Positions 30,001 to 40,079 are shown, numbered from the stretch's first letter. The stretch is DNA of 64,000 nt from Bradymonadia bacterium (GCA_046290225.1 JBKAGE010000079.1:32001-96000), one strand, 5' to 3'. The notes: generated from the sequence alone by a model not told the origin. Made by a program: numbers and translations.

Positions 30001-33000
30001 ACGCCGACGCTGGGGTGACCCTGAGCTTCGGCCAGGTCGAAGGGGAGGCCTTCCCCCTGACCCGCGTGCGCCTCTTGCCCCACATGCTCTACCCCGGCGA
30101 CGTGCCCGGGGAGATTCAGATCATCGCCCCGAGCCCTCAGGGTGGGGGCGAGATGGTGCTCACCCGCCGCGTGATCCCCCAGGAGGAGATCGTACCCGGG
30201 CAGCCCATCGACCTGGACTTCGCCCCGGTGATGACCCGCGAGTTCAAGGTGCAGCTGCTGGCGCCCCGCGAGCGCTTCGGCCTCACGGCGGTGGCCCTCG
30301 CAGAGGTCTCGGCCTACGAGGCCCTGCCCGGCGGCGGTGCCGCCCGCCTGACCTGGGTGGCCCCTGGCGACGACGGCTTCGAAGGCCTCGCTGAAGAGTA
30401 CGACCTGCGCCGCAGCGACGCCCCCATCGAAGGCGGCGCCTTCGACCAGGCGGAGCCCGTGGGCCCCATCGCCGCACCCCAGCTCGCCGGGGCCCTCGAG
30501 GTCACCGACGTCGGCGGCCTGCCTGAGGGTCGCGACAGCTGGTTCGCTCTGCGCACCCGTGACGACGCGGGCAACTGGAGCGGCGTCTCCGAGACCGTGC
30601 GGGTCTCGGTCCCGGCGATCCCCCCTGGCGGGATCGTCGACCTGCAGGTGGTGGAGACCGGCAAGGACAGCGCCATTCTCAGCTGGACCGCCCCCGGCGA
30701 CGATGGCGACGTGGGCACGGTGACCGACTACGATCTGCGCTTCGCCGAGTCCCCGATCACCGTAGAGAGCTTCCCCGACGCCATGCGCGTCGAGGCACCG
30801 GAGCCCAGCCTCGCTGGCACCCTGGAGCGCGTGCAGGTCTCGGGCCTGCCCTCGGGGCGCACCCTGTACTTCGCCGTGATGGCTCGAGACGAGGTGGGGG
30901 CCTCCTCGGGTCTGTCCAACATCGCCGAGGGCACCACCCGAGAGAGCACGCCGCCTTCGCCGGTGGCTGATCTCACCGCTGGCGCCGGCCCCGAGACCGG
31001 GAGCATCCTGGTGGCCTTCACCGCCTCCGGTGACGACGCCAGCCAGGGCACCGCTGCGGCTTACGACCTGCGCTACGTCATCGGTCAGGAGATGTCCCCC
31101 GAGGGCTTCGAGCAGGCCATCCCCATTCCTCTGAACACCCGGCCTCAGCAGGCCGGCGCCCGGGAGCTGCTCACCCTCGCGGGTCTGCCCGCAGAGACCG
31201 ACATCGCCCTGGCCCTGGTGGTCATCGACGACGCGGGCAACCGCTCGGGCATGTCCAACGTGGCCCCTGTGCGGGTGCCCGGCGCTGCCCCTTCCCAGGT
31301 GAACGATCTGGCCATCGCCCAGGCGGGGGCCAACGATATGGTGGTGCAGTTCACCGCCGTGGGGGACGACGGCTTGGAGGGCACCGCCGCCCGCTACGAC
31401 CTGCGGGTGAGCGCTTCGCCCATCAGCAACGACGGCGACTTCGACCAGGCCCGCTCGGTCCCCGTAGGGGCCGCCAAGCCCGCAGGTGAGCGCATGACCG
31501 TCTCGGTGCCGGGCCTCGACGACGCCACGCTCTACCACTTCGCCGTGGTGGCCTTCGACGACGCAGGCAACCGCAGCCCCTTGTCCAACCTGGCCTCGGG
31601 CTACACCGCCGACGCCACCGCCCCGGAGGCCATCGGCGACCTGCGCGCCCAGGCCCAGCCCAGCGGCACTTCGGCCCTCGAGGCCAGCATCGCCGGTGAC
31701 ACAGACGCATACGGTGAGGCCACCGGCCCCGAGCTGTTGCTCGACGGCAGCAGCCAGAGCGCCTGGATCACCCCTGTTCGGGATGCCGCCTCGGAGGAGT
31801 CGGTGGTCATCGCTGTCCGCGGCGCCGACGGCGGCCTCGCCGAGGTGGCGGGGATTCGCCTGCGGGCCGCTGCGGACTACCCGGACCTGTTCCCCAGCAC
31901 CTTCACCATCGAGGCCCACGACGGCACCGGCGCGGATCCGCTCTCTGCCGACGTGCCTGAAGAGGGCTGGCAGGTGGTGGTGCGCAGCGAGGGCGCCAGC
32001 GCCAGCGCAGCCGAGGCGCTGGAGCGCAGGTTCGCACCTCAGCAGGCCCGCTGGCTGCGCCTGCGCGCCGAGACCGAGATCGACGAGGCTGGCCGCCACC
32101 TGCTCGCCGTGGGTGACTTCGAGGCCCTCGCCGCCGACAACGGCAGCGCCTCGGTGCAGCTGACCTGGACCGTCCCCAGCGACAAGGGCCCCACGGGGCG
32201 TCCTGCGCGCTACGAGGTGCGCTACGCCGCCTTCCCCCTCACGGCAGAGAACTTCGAGCAGGGGACCGAGGCCGGCGCCGGCGCGCCCAGCCAGCCCGGG
32301 GGCCCCGAGGCCCTCGTGGTGAGCGGCTTGAACCCCGAGACCCGCTACCACTTCGCCGTGGTGAGCATCGACGACGCCGGCAACCGCAGCGCCCTGAGCA
32401 ACAGCGCCGAGGCCGAGACCCCTGGGGTGGCCCCTGGCACCGTGCTCGATCTGCGAGGCACGGAGCTGGAGCAGGATCGCCTCGTGCTGACCTGGACCGC
32501 CCCTGGCGCCGACGGCGACGCTGGCGGCTCCGCGGATCGCTACGACATCCGTATGAGCGCTGCGCCCATCACCGTGGACAACTTCGAGCAGGCGGCCATC
32601 GTCGAGGGCGCCGGCGGCCCCGCTGTGCCCGGTGAGGTGGAGCGCCTGCCGGTGGCGGGCCTCGAGCCCGGTACGGACTACTACTTCGCCCTGCGGGCCT
32701 ACGACGGCGACGAGGCCAGCGCCCTGTCGAACGTGGCTCAGGTGCGGACCCTGGAGCCCCCGGAGCAGGTGCCCCCGGCCACAGTGCAGGACCTCGCCGC
32801 CACCACCGACGAGCGGGTTGCTGGCGCCGTTGCCGTGACCTGGACCGCCCCAGGCGACGACGGCAACCTCGGCCAGGCCACCCGCTACGACCTGCGGTGG
32901 TCTGCGTCGCCCATCAACGACGGCAACTTCGCCTCCGCGACGTCCGTGCAGGGTCTCGATGCCCCTCAGGCTGCTGGGGCCCAGGAGTCCACCATCGTCA

Positions 33001-36000
33001 CTGGTCTGCCGGGAGAGAGCGCGGTGTGGTTCGCCCTCGTGACCTACGACGACGTGGGCAACATGAGCGGCCTGTCGAACATCGCCGAGGCGGCCACTCG
33101 GGCTGAGCCCCCGGCGCAGATCGTCGATCTCGCCGCCGAGGTCCGTGGGGCCGAAGGGGTGCTGACCTGGACCGCCCCTGGCGCTGATGGCGAAGAGGGT
33201 CGGGCCGCGGCCTACCAGCTCTACATCGAGACTGCCCAGTTCGACAGCGTCGAGGGTCTCACCCCTGTGGCCGACGCCCCGGCGCCCGCTGAGGCAGGCA
33301 GCGCCGAGCAATATGTCGCCGCGCTGAGCAACGACACCACCTACTACGCCGCCATCCGCGCCATCGACCCCCAGGGCAACCCCGGGCAGCTGTCGCCGGT
33401 GGTGGGCTTCCAGACTGACGATGGCGTGGCCCCTGGCCGCCCGGTGCAGCTCGTGGCCCGGACCGGCGACGCCGCCGGTACCCTGAGCGTCTCCTTCGGC
33501 GCCCCCGGTGACGACGGCTACGACGGCACCCCCGCCCAGTACGAGGTGCGCTGGTCCACCAGCGCCTTCGACGCCGCGGGCTTCGAGCAGGCCAACCTCT
33601 ATGTGGGTGACCTCGCCGTGGGCGTCGGTGGCAGCGAGCACACTCTTACCCTCTCGGGCCTGCCCGGTGAGCAACGCATCTACGTGGCGCTGCGGGCCAC
33701 CGACGACGCCGGCCTCGTGGGCGACATCTCTGATGTGGCCAGCGCCGAGACCCCCGATGTGGCCCCGAGCCAGATCGCCGACCTCACCGCAGAGTCGGTG
33801 GGCGACGGCGGCATCGCCCTGCGCTGGACCGCCCCCGGCGACGATGGCGCCGAGGGCACCGCCGTGGCCTACGAGGGCCGCATGGGCACCGAGCCCGTCA
33901 CCGAAGACAACTTCGACCAGATGCAGCCGATCCCCAACCTCGGCGCCCCCGCTCAGGGCGGCGCCGCGGAGTCCCTCGCTGTAGAGGGCCTCGCCGGCAA
34001 CACCACCTACCACTTCGCCCTGCGAGCCATCGACGAGCGGGGCAACCGCGGCGCGCTCTCCGCGAGCGCCTCGGCGAGCACCCCCGATCAGGCGGGCCCG
34101 GCCCCTGTGGCCGACCTGCAGGCGCAGACCGGCAACAACGCCGGTGAGGTGATCCTCACGTGGACCGCCGCCGGTGACGACGGCATGGAGGGCACGGCCT
34201 CCTCGGTGGAGATCCGCTACGCCGGAGACGCCTGGCCCGGGTTCGAGCAGGCTGCTGTGGCCCAGGCCGCGGTGACGCCCGTCGCCGGTGGCGAGCGCCA
34301 CGAGGTGACTGTGACTGGCTTGCCCAGCGAGTCCGACCTGACCTTCGCCCTGGTGACCGTCGACGAGGGCGGCAACCGCGCGGCGCCCTCGAACGTCGCC
34401 GCAGCTCAGACCCTCGGCGTGGCCCCTGGCGCACCGAGCGACCTCATCGTCGCCGCCGAGGGCGCCGCGGCCCTGCGCCTGCAGTTCACCGCCCCCGCTG
34501 ATGATGGCGACGACGCCGAGAGCGGCGCCGTGGCCGCCCTGGAGATCGCTTACAGCACCGAGCCCTTTGACGGCGCCGACTTCGACCAGCAGCAGCGCGT
34601 CGCCGGCCCCGCCCCCGAGGCCCCCGGCGCCACGCAGTCGGCGGTCATCGAGGGTCTGCAGAGCAACACCACCTACTATGTGGCGGTCCGCGCCGCCGAC
34701 GAGCGGGCGCAGATCGGCCCCTCCAGCGCTGTGGTGGAGACCCGCACCGGTGACGGTGAGGCCCCCGGCCGCGTGGCGAGCCTGCAGGCCGCGAGCCCTC
34801 AGGGCGGGGGTGAGCCCGTACAGGTGGTGGCCGTGAACGGCAGCGCCTCGCTCTCCGAGGCCTGGCCGGTGTCCCACGCCTTCGACGGCGAGCAGGACAC
34901 GGCGTGGGCGTCTCCCCCTGGCGGTGGCGAGGGCAGCTTCCTCGAGGCCAGCTTCGGTGCCCCCACTCGCATCGGCCGTGTGCGTCTGTACGTCGGGGAG
35001 TGGGTGGATCGGTTCCCTGCGGACATCGCCCTGAGCGCTGACGGTGAGATCATCGCCGAGGCTGGGGATCTCGCCCCTGACGCCCACAGCTGGGTGGAGC
35101 TCTCCTTCGAGCCCGTCGCCGCGGAGCAGATTCGCCTCGACATCCTCCGGGCCGGTGGCGACGACGACCTGGGCTACGCGGTCATCAACGAGATCTCCGT
35201 GATGCCCGCCGACGACGCCCCCGACACCATCTCCCTCACCTGGGTGGCCCCTGGCGACGACGACAACAGCGGTCAGGCCGCGCGCTACGACGTGCGCATG
35301 AGCACCGCCCCCATCACCCCGGAGACCTTCGCCGACGCCACCCCCGTGGACGGCGCCCCGGCCCCTGGCGTCGCCGGCACCCCCCAGCAGATGCAGGTGG
35401 AGGGCCTCGACGAGGAGACCACCTACTTCTTCGCCCTGAGGACCTACGACGAGTCCGACAACGCCAGCGCGCTGTCGAACGTCGCCGAGGCCACCACCAA
35501 CGGTGTGCCCCCGGCCCGGGTGGAGGATCTCGTCGCCGAGGCCGATGGCCCCTACGCCGCGGTGCTCACCTGGACCGCCGTGGGCGCCGATGGCCACGTG
35601 GGCACCGCCGCCCGCTACGACCTGCGCTACCGCCCCTACGATCTGTCCGACGCCACCTGGCACGAGGCCATCCCCGTCGAGGCCCCGGCCCCTGCAGCCT
35701 CTGGCGCACAGGAGACCTTCCGCGTAGATGGTTTGCTCCCCGGCACGCTCTACGCCTTCGCCCTGCGGGTGGAAGATGAGCGGGGCCACGTGTCGCTCAC
35801 CTCTGTGGTGGCCCGGACCCTCACTGGCGACGGCCCCGACGAGGTCGCCCCTGGCCAGATCACTCGCCTGACGGCCCGCGCCGCCGGCGGTGACGGGCTC
35901 CCTCTGGCCCTGGCCTCTGCCGAGGCCTCGGGCTCACAGTTCCCCGACTTCCCTCAGTCCGCCGCCATCGACGGCGATCCCGACACCGCCTGGGCCTCTC

Positions 36001-36584
36001 CGGCGAAGGGTGAGGGGGGCGAGGAGGTGCTCACGGTGCAGCTCGCCGAGGTCACCGCCGTCGACGAGGTGAACATCCTGCCCCACGACGACTTCCTCGA
36101 CCTGTTCCCTGAGGACATGCGCATCGAGACGTCTGTGGACGGCGAGGTTTGGGACACCTTGTTCCAGTACAACGGCCCCTCCGGCTCTGGCGGTGTGGTG
36201 TGGATGGGCGAGGCCACCCCGGTACAGCACGTGCGCATCACCGTGCAGCGTCGGTTCCGGGATCCGGCCTTCCTGGCGGTCATCGGCGAGGTGCGCCTCT
36301 TCGAGGCCGGTGTGGGCGGTACCGCGCTGGTGAGCTGGCAGGCCCCCGGTGACGACGACCAGATCGGCACCGCCACCCGCTACGAGATGGCCACCGTGCA
36401 GCCCGGCCAAGAGGCAGCCTGGTTCGAGCCCGAGCTGGCTCCGGCTCCCGCTGGCGCCCCCGAGGCGGTGTTGCTGAGCGGCCTGCCCGCCGGCGACATG
36501 GTCATCATGATCCGCGCCATCGACGAGGCCGGGAACGTTGGCCAGGCAGCGGAAGCCTCGGTGACCATCAACCCGGTGCAGTAA
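27045..36584 (+). CDS. Giant S8 (subtilisin-like) serine protease lipoprotein with about 18 FN3 and 5 discoidin-like domains
   Basis: Catalytic triad VIDTG, HGTHCAG, GTSMAAP; lipobox MSGC; 17 WTAPGDDG-type repeats plus one more FN3; DGD..TAW..FP..F.. discoidin-like inserts. Confidence 0.92.
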   Translation: MMKHTPRSIRRRPQGRHLSNLAMTLWSLPLIAMVMSGCTRSNPANGPGDGDFEPDLAAPFIEGELLARFPVGMTREEVQARVEPWGGQVLDGLTSEDLEVMSESTMVHLGGTWRIGLPSGVTVEEGIELLGAEDDLVLAEPNHIVEAVKTPNDPDYNQLYGMEKISAPLAWDVTTGSRDVVVAVIDTGVDYNHPDLADNIWTNPGEIPDNGVDDDGNGYVDDYYGYDFCNNDADPFDDHYHGTHCAGTVAATGDNSRGVPGVAWRASIMSIKFLCGNGSGSSWAAARAIRYAVDNGAVISSNSWGGTGRSSSISSAIDYARERGQLFIAAAGNSNKNMDHTNFYPAGYDHDNIISVAASDSSDRRASFSNYSSSRVDLAAPGVRIRSTIPNNRYGSLSGTSMAAPHVSGAAVLLKARDPEMSYAAVKNHLLESVDPLDNWNGVVATGGRMNVAAALGRVAPKPEAPTGVVASVLDGSRAEVKWQPSPDEGVTTYYVHLYDADGMPMPPLVAIEGRDNTQAVLGPLDAGDYLVAVSALNSVGESAQSQQARFSLVDADPPAQVPDLRVTPLEGDLVAVEGAEADSDFGPDWTVSHLVDDDASTAWAAEPSAAQQPATVVFDLGQVKDVGQVKLRPAAGFPELFPRAFEVAASVDGEQWTTVIREIPEGPNDGGVMGRDPLVEWHPWIIDPVPARMLRLTVTERAEHEGGLFYAVVGDVAFHEQALDSSALLASWTAPGDDGGAGRAASFDLRAAPGLTADGFDAAPKFPTPEPGMAGTRHFATLSGLPGETEIGVAIAARDESGNRGPLSNIAVARTLGVAPGGIDDLEVTADGEAVVLSWTAPADDGRDPASGPVASVRIQVSNSPLDSAHWADSEPLQVSVQPVAPGTRQVVRVENPLEALPQGPRWFFRVRAVDEAALLGPWSNEGALNAPPRFDQSPPGTISFLNGHYVAALSQPVLMAVDGDADRLALLDRDPRTGWMVEADADAGVTLSFGQVEGEAFPLTRVRLLPHMLYPGDVPGEIQIIAPSPQGGGEMVLTRRVIPQEEIVPGQPIDLDFAPVMTREFKVQLLAPRERFGLTAVALAEVSAYEALPGGGAARLTWVAPGDDGFEGLAEEYDLRRSDAPIEGGAFDQAEPVGPIAAPQLAGALEVTDVGGLPEGRDSWFALRTRDDAGNWSGVSETVRVSVPAIPPGGIVDLQVVETGKDSAILSWTAPGDDGDVGTVTDYDLRFAESPITVESFPDAMRVEAPEPSLAGTLERVQVSGLPSGRTLYFAVMARDEVGASSGLSNIAEGTTRESTPPSPVADLTAGAGPETGSILVAFTASGDDASQGTAAAYDLRYVIGQEMSPEGFEQAIPIPLNTRPQQAGARELLTLAGLPAETDIALALVVIDDAGNRSGMSNVAPVRVPGAAPSQVNDLAIAQAGANDMVVQFTAVGDDGLEGTAARYDLRVSASPISNDGDFDQARSVPVGAAKPAGERMTVSVPGLDDATLYHFAVVAFDDAGNRSPLSNLASGYTADATAPEAIGDLRAQAQPSGTSALEASIAGDTDAYGEATGPELLLDGSSQSAWITPVRDAASEESVVIAVRGADGGLAEVAGIRLRAAADYPDLFPSTFTIEAHDGTGADPLSADVPEEGWQVVVRSEGASASAAEALERRFAPQQARWLRLRAETEIDEAGRHLLAVGDFEALAADNGSASVQLTWTVPSDKGPTGRPARYEVRYAAFPLTAENFEQGTEAGAGAPSQPGGPEALVVSGLNPETRYHFAVVSIDDAGNRSALSNSAEAETPGVAPGTVLDLRGTELEQDRLVLTWTAPGADGDAGGSADRYDIRMSAAPITVDNFEQAAIVEGAGGPAVPGEVERLPVAGLEPGTDYYFALRAYDGDEASALSNVAQVRTLEPPEQVPPATVQDLAATTDERVAGAVAVTWTAPGDDGNLGQATRYDLRWSASPINDGNFASATSVQGLDAPQAAGAQESTIVTGLPGESAVWFALVTYDDVGNMSGLSNIAEAATRAEPPAQIVDLAAEVRGAEGVLTWTAPGADGEEGRAAAYQLYIETAQFDSVEGLTPVADAPAPAEAGSAEQYVAALSNDTTYYAAIRAIDPQGNPGQLSPVVGFQTDDGVAPGRPVQLVARTGDAAGTLSVSFGAPGDDGYDGTPAQYEVRWSTSAFDAAGFEQANLYVGDLAVGVGGSEHTLTLSGLPGEQRIYVALRATDDAGLVGDISDVASAETPDVAPSQIADLTAESVGDGGIALRWTAPGDDGAEGTAVAYEGRMGTEPVTEDNFDQMQPIPNLGAPAQGGAAESLAVEGLAGNTTYHFALRAIDERGNRGALSASASASTPDQAGPAPVADLQAQTGNNAGEVILTWTAAGDDGMEGTASSVEIRYAGDAWPGFEQAAVAQAAVTPVAGGERHEVTVTGLPSESDLTFALVTVDEGGNRAAPSNVAAAQTLGVAPGAPSDLIVAAEGAAALRLQFTAPADDGDDAESGAVAALEIAYSTEPFDGADFDQQQRVAGPAPEAPGATQSAVIEGLQSNTTYYVAVRAADERAQIGPSSAVVETRTGDGEAPGRVASLQAASPQGGGEPVQVVAVNGSASLSEAWPVSHAFDGEQDTAWASPPGGGEGSFLEASFGAPTRIGRVRLYVGEWVDRFPADIALSADGEIIAEAGDLAPDAHSWVELSFEPVAAEQIRLDILRAGGDDDLGYAVINEISVMPADDAPDTISLTWVAPGDDDNSGQAARYDVRMSTAPITPETFADATPVDGAPAPGVAGTPQQMQVEGLDEETTYFFALRTYDESDNASALSNVAEATTNGVPPARVEDLVAEADGPYAAVLTWTAVGADGHVGTAARYDLRYRPYDLSDATWHEAIPVEAPAPAASGAQETFRVDGLLPGTLYAFALRVEDERGHVSLTSVVARTLTGDGPDEVAPGQITRLTARAAGGDGLPLALASAEASGSQFPDFPQSAAIDGDPDTAWASPAKGEGGEEVLTVQLAEVTAVDEVNILPHDDFLDLFPEDMRIETSVDGEVWDTLFQYNGPSGSGGVVWMGEATPVQHVRITVQRRFRDPAFLAVIGEVRLFEAGVGGTALVSWQAPGDDDQIGTATRYEMATVQPGQEAAWFEPELAPAPAGAPEAVLLSGLPAGDMVIMIRAIDEAGNVGQAAEASVTINPVQ

Positions 36585-37788
36585 ACACCAGCCCCACCAC
36601 AGCCCCCGTGGAGAGGGTGGCCAGGGTCCCGGCGACGAGGGCCCTGGCCCCCAGCCCCGTGAGCTGCCCCCGCCGATCAGGCAGCAAGCTGCCGAGCCCC
36701 CCCACGAGGATCCCCAAACTGCCCAGGTTGGCGAAGCCACACAGCGCATAGGTGGTGATGAGCCGGCTCTGCGCCGAGAGGGGCCCGCCCCCGGTCTTCT
36801 GGAGCAGGTCATAGGCCACATATTCGTTGAGCAGGGTCTTGGTGCCCATCAACTCACCGGCATAACCCGCCTCCTCCCAGGGCACCCCCACGAGCCACAT
36901 GACGGGCTTGAAGCACCACCCGCCGACCCGCTGCACTGTGAGCGGTGCGCCACCCACCTCGCCAAAGAGCCCGAGGCCATGATCGACCAGATATACGCAG
37001 GCGAAGAGCACGATGAGGGTGGTGGCGACGCCGACCACGACTTTGGTGCCTTCGGCGGTGCCCTCCATGAGGGCCTCCATGGCGTTGTGGGTCTGTCGTG
37101 GAGGCATCACCACAGGGCCGTCAGGGGTCGAGGTGTCGGGCATCATCAAGTGCGCGAACGTGAGGGCCGCGGGCACGCTGATCAGCGAGGCCACGATCAT
37201 GTGGCCCAGAGCGCCGGGCAGGGCGCCCTCGACGAGCTGGGCGTAAATCACCATCACCGTGCCCGCCACAGTGGACATGCCGCACACCAGCACGGTGAAC
37301 AGCCCGCTGTTGCTCATGCTGCCAAGCCAGGGCCGGATCAAGAGCGGGGCCTCGATGATGCCGAAGAAGACGCTGCTCGCCGCAGAGAAGGCCACCGCTG
37401 GAGGCACAGGGAGCACCTTGCCCAGGGCCCAGGCGAGCCCCCTGATGATCGCCGGGAGCACGCCCCAATGGAACAACACCGCCGACAGGGCGCTGATGAC
37501 CATGATCAAAGGCAGCACTTTGAAGGCCACGATGAAGCCTTTGCTGGGATCAGCGAGGTAGCCGAACATGAACTGGGTGGCCCGGGTGGTGACGTCGTCG
37601 AGCACGTGCACCACGCTGTTGAGCGACAACAGCGCCTCTTGAACCGCTGGCAGCCTCAGCAGCACCACTGCGAGGACTGCCTGCAAGCCAAATCCGATGA
37701 GGACCCGGCGCCACACGATCTCCCGGCGGGCGGTGCTCAGCCCCACTGCGATGAGCACGAGCACCGCCAGCCCCAACACGGCGATCAT
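36568..37788 (-). CDS. nupC: NupC/CNT-family concentrative nucleoside transporter
   Basis: FFGIIEAPLLIRP, GMSTVAG, GTKTLLNEYVAY, YALCGFANLGSLGI motifs. Confidence 0.9.
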   Translation of the reverse strand: MIAVLGLAVLVLIAVGLSTARREIVWRRVLIGFGLQAVLAVVLLRLPAVQEALLSLNSVVHVLDDVTTRATQFMFGYLADPSKGFIVAFKVLPLIMVISALSAVLFHWGVLPAIIRGLAWALGKVLPVPPAVAFSAASSVFFGIIEAPLLIRPWLGSMSNSGLFTVLVCGMSTVAGTVMVIYAQLVEGALPGALGHMIVASLISVPAALTFAHLMMPDTSTPDGPVVMPPRQTHNAMEALMEGTAEGTKVVVGVATTLIVLFACVYLVDHGLGLFGEVGGAPLTVQRVGGWCFKPVMWLVGVPWEEAGYAGELMGTKTLLNEYVAYDLLQKTGGGPLSAQSRLITTYALCGFANLGSLGILVGGLGSLLPDRRGQLTGLGARALVAGTLATLSTGAVVGLVFTAPG

Positions 37789-38576
37789 TGATGGGGCTCC
37801 GGGTCAAAGGTGTAGATGCGATTGGCCCACTGCACAGGCTTGGATTCGGTGAGGAACCACCGAGACAGTTGAGCCATGGCCCCCCGAGAGGCTTCGAGAG
37901 AGGCGGTGATGCCACCTGTGTCGAGCTGCTGGTCACTGGCGGGGCCGGAATACTTGTGCCCCACCACGGCCACCGCCGTGGCGATGCCGAGCTCGTTGGC
38001 CATGACCAGCTCCGGCCCCACGGTCATGGAGTTCACGTGGGCGCCCTGGGCGGCCCACCAGCGGTTCTCCGCGGCGGTCTTGGTCCGTGGCCCGCCCACA
38101 TAGGTGAAGACCACCTCCGATGACACCGTGTCCTCGCCAATGCGCTGGCGCAGCTGGTCCGAGAGCGCCCGGTTGCACAGCCCCTCGTCGAGCACGAGGT
38201 GCCCTTGCCCGGGGCCAGCAGGGTGAAACACGGTGCAGGCGGTGCCGTCAGGCAGCCTGTTGTCGGGCATCAGCAAATCGGTGACCACCAGAGGCTCAAA
38301 GAGCGGCAGCTCCGCGGTGAGCACCCCCACGGAGCTGGTGATGAGCAGCCGATCGCAGCCCACGGCCTTCAGCGCGAGGGCGTGAGCACGCCACGGAATG
38401 TGGTGAGGCAAAGTGTCGTGAGGCAGACCATGTCGAAACAGCACGTAGGCCTCTGCCCCTGTGAGGCGATACAGCGTCACTTCACCCGCCCTCGTAGCCA
38501 CAGGCACTGGCTCGAGGGCGTCTCCAGCGAGGGTGGGGGACTGGAAGGCGCTGCCCAGAATGACGGCGGTGGCCAT
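37785..38576 (-). CDS. MTAP-like purine nucleoside phosphorylase family protein
   Basis: RHG..H..PH.IPWRA, SSVG, GPRTKTAAE, MT.GPE..ANE motifs; stop overlaps the nupC start (ATGA). Confidence 0.8.
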   Translation of the reverse strand: MATAVILGSAFQSPTLAGDALEPVPVATRAGEVTLYRLTGAEAYVLFRHGLPHDTLPHHIPWRAHALALKAVGCDRLLITSSVGVLTAELPLFEPLVVTDLLMPDNRLPDGTACTVFHPAGPGQGHLVLDEGLCNRALSDQLRQRIGEDTVSSEVVFTYVGGPRTKTAAENRWWAAQGAHVNSMTVGPELVMANELGIATAVAVVGHKYSGPASDQQLDTGGITASLEASRGAMAQLSRWFLTESKPVQWANRIYTFDPEPHQ

Positions 38577-38621
38577 GGATGCTCCAGCAGAGTAGTTGTT
38601 CGGTCTACGAGAGAGGCGCGC

Positions 38622-39974
38622 ATGAGTAACCCGACACGATCGATTTTCGCCACCCTGGATCTGGGCACCACCGGCATCAAAGGGGCGCTCTGGGGCCCTC
38701 GGGGTGGCCTGGTATTGAACGCCCGCACCCCGGCCCCTGTGGTGCAGACCGAAGACACCGGTCGAGCGTGGCAGTCGTGGCATGTCTACGCGCAGAAGAT
38801 CGTAGCGGTCGTGCAAAGCCTGATGAGAGCCAAACCTGCAAACACCTGGGCGGCCCTCGGCATCACCACCCAGCGCGGCACTGTCCTGGGGTTGGACGCA
38901 GATGGCCGACCCTGCACCGAGCTCATCTCGTGGCTCGACGGCTCAGGCGAGGCCGACAGGCTCACCGCCCACGGCGCCCCCGCGAACGCCCGTGTGTCGA
39001 GCTTGATGTCCATCATCGCCGAGTCTCTCGGCCACAGCGCCATCGACACGTCACAGACCTGCCCCCCAGAGGCCCACACCGTCCATCGCCCTCGACCCAC
39101 GATCCATCCACCAGGGCACCTTCTCGAGGCGCACCCGGTCGCCGATGGCCCACTGACCGGAATCCCCAAAGGCCTGCCGGTGATCCTCGCCGGCGGCGAC
39201 AAGCACTGCGAAATGTTGGGGGTGATGCCTGCCCTCGACCCGCAGCAGGCCGCTTTGAGCCTGGGCACGGCGATCAGTCTGGGCTGGTGGGTGCCGCCGG
39301 GTGAGAAGACACACGCTGAGGATGTCCCCGCCTTCGTGACGCCGACCATCTTCGACGGTTGGCAGCAAGTCGAGGTCGGGCTGCCAGGAGGAGGCTCGGC
39401 GTTTCGCTGGCTTCAGGAGGTGCTGCGTTGGTCTCCAGAGACGCCAGGTGCGTGCTTCGATGGACCACCAGAGGTCGACTGGCCAGTGTGCGTGCCCGAC
39501 TTCTGGGGGCGCTTCGGTGTACCCGGCGCCCGAGGTGGCTGGGTGGGGATAGGCCCTGATGTACCACCGGAGCTGCTGGCGTGGTCGTGGATGGAAGGGG
39601 TGCTCTGGACACTGGAGCGTGCTGCTGCGGCCCATCGAGCGGAGCCACTTACGGATGTCTGGTTGTGTGGTGGCGGAGCATCCTGGGCGCCCTGGTCACT
39701 GTGGGGCCCGGCATTGCTCGGCGGCTGTTGGCACCAGATGCAAGGTGACGACGCTGGTTTGATCGGCGTGGCCCGAGTGATGCGGATGGTGTTGGAGACG
39801 GGGGTGGGTGGGGATGGCTTTGCCAAAGCGGCGAGACGCTACAAGGTGATGTCAGGCGCGTCGAGCACGGCGGCTTCGTGGTCTGTGGAGCTGCTTGCCG
39901 AGCGCCGAGGGCGTTTCGAGGCAGCAGTTCAGGCGCTCTCTACAGCCAGCGGGGCGGGCGCATTGAGAGGATAA
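38622..39974 (+). CDS. FGGY-family carbohydrate kinase (divergent, shortened)
   Basis: LDLGTTGIK, GITTQRGT, GGDK, LSLGT, CGGGA motifs; true start taken as MSNPTR. Confidence 0.8.
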   Translation: MSNPTRSIFATLDLGTTGIKGALWGPRGGLVLNARTPAPVVQTEDTGRAWQSWHVYAQKIVAVVQSLMRAKPANTWAALGITTQRGTVLGLDADGRPCTELISWLDGSGEADRLTAHGAPANARVSSLMSIIAESLGHSAIDTSQTCPPEAHTVHRPRPTIHPPGHLLEAHPVADGPLTGIPKGLPVILAGGDKHCEMLGVMPALDPQQAALSLGTAISLGWWVPPGEKTHAEDVPAFVTPTIFDGWQQVEVGLPGGGSAFRWLQEVLRWSPETPGACFDGPPEVDWPVCVPDFWGRFGVPGARGGWVGIGPDVPPELLAWSWMEGVLWTLERAAAAHRAEPLTDVWLCGGGASWAPWSLWGPALLGGCWHQMQGDDAGLIGVARVMRMVLETGVGGDGFAKAARRYKVMSGASSTAASWSVELLAERRGRFEAAVQALSTASGAGALRG

Positions 39975-40034
39975 ACGCGCCCACCCCGCGACCCACACGG
40001 TCCTACCCCGGCCCCGTGGCTGTGGAGTCATTTG

Positions 40035-40079
40035 GCCCTGCCCGAGACGCCCGAGCGTGCCGAGCGCCCCGAGCAGGGC
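40035..40079 (-). other. 20-bp hairpin just 3' of the tRNA array (3'-end stabiliser or terminator-like)
   Basis: On the minus strand GCCCUGCUCGGGGCGCUCGG pairs fully with UCGGGCGUCUCGGGCAGGGC using G-U pairs; no U-tract. Confidence 0.6.

Noticed and set aside
29637..35789. 2050-aa minus-strand ORF
   Set aside because: Antisense shadow of the subtilase; expected from high-GC codon bias, with no recognisable motifs.
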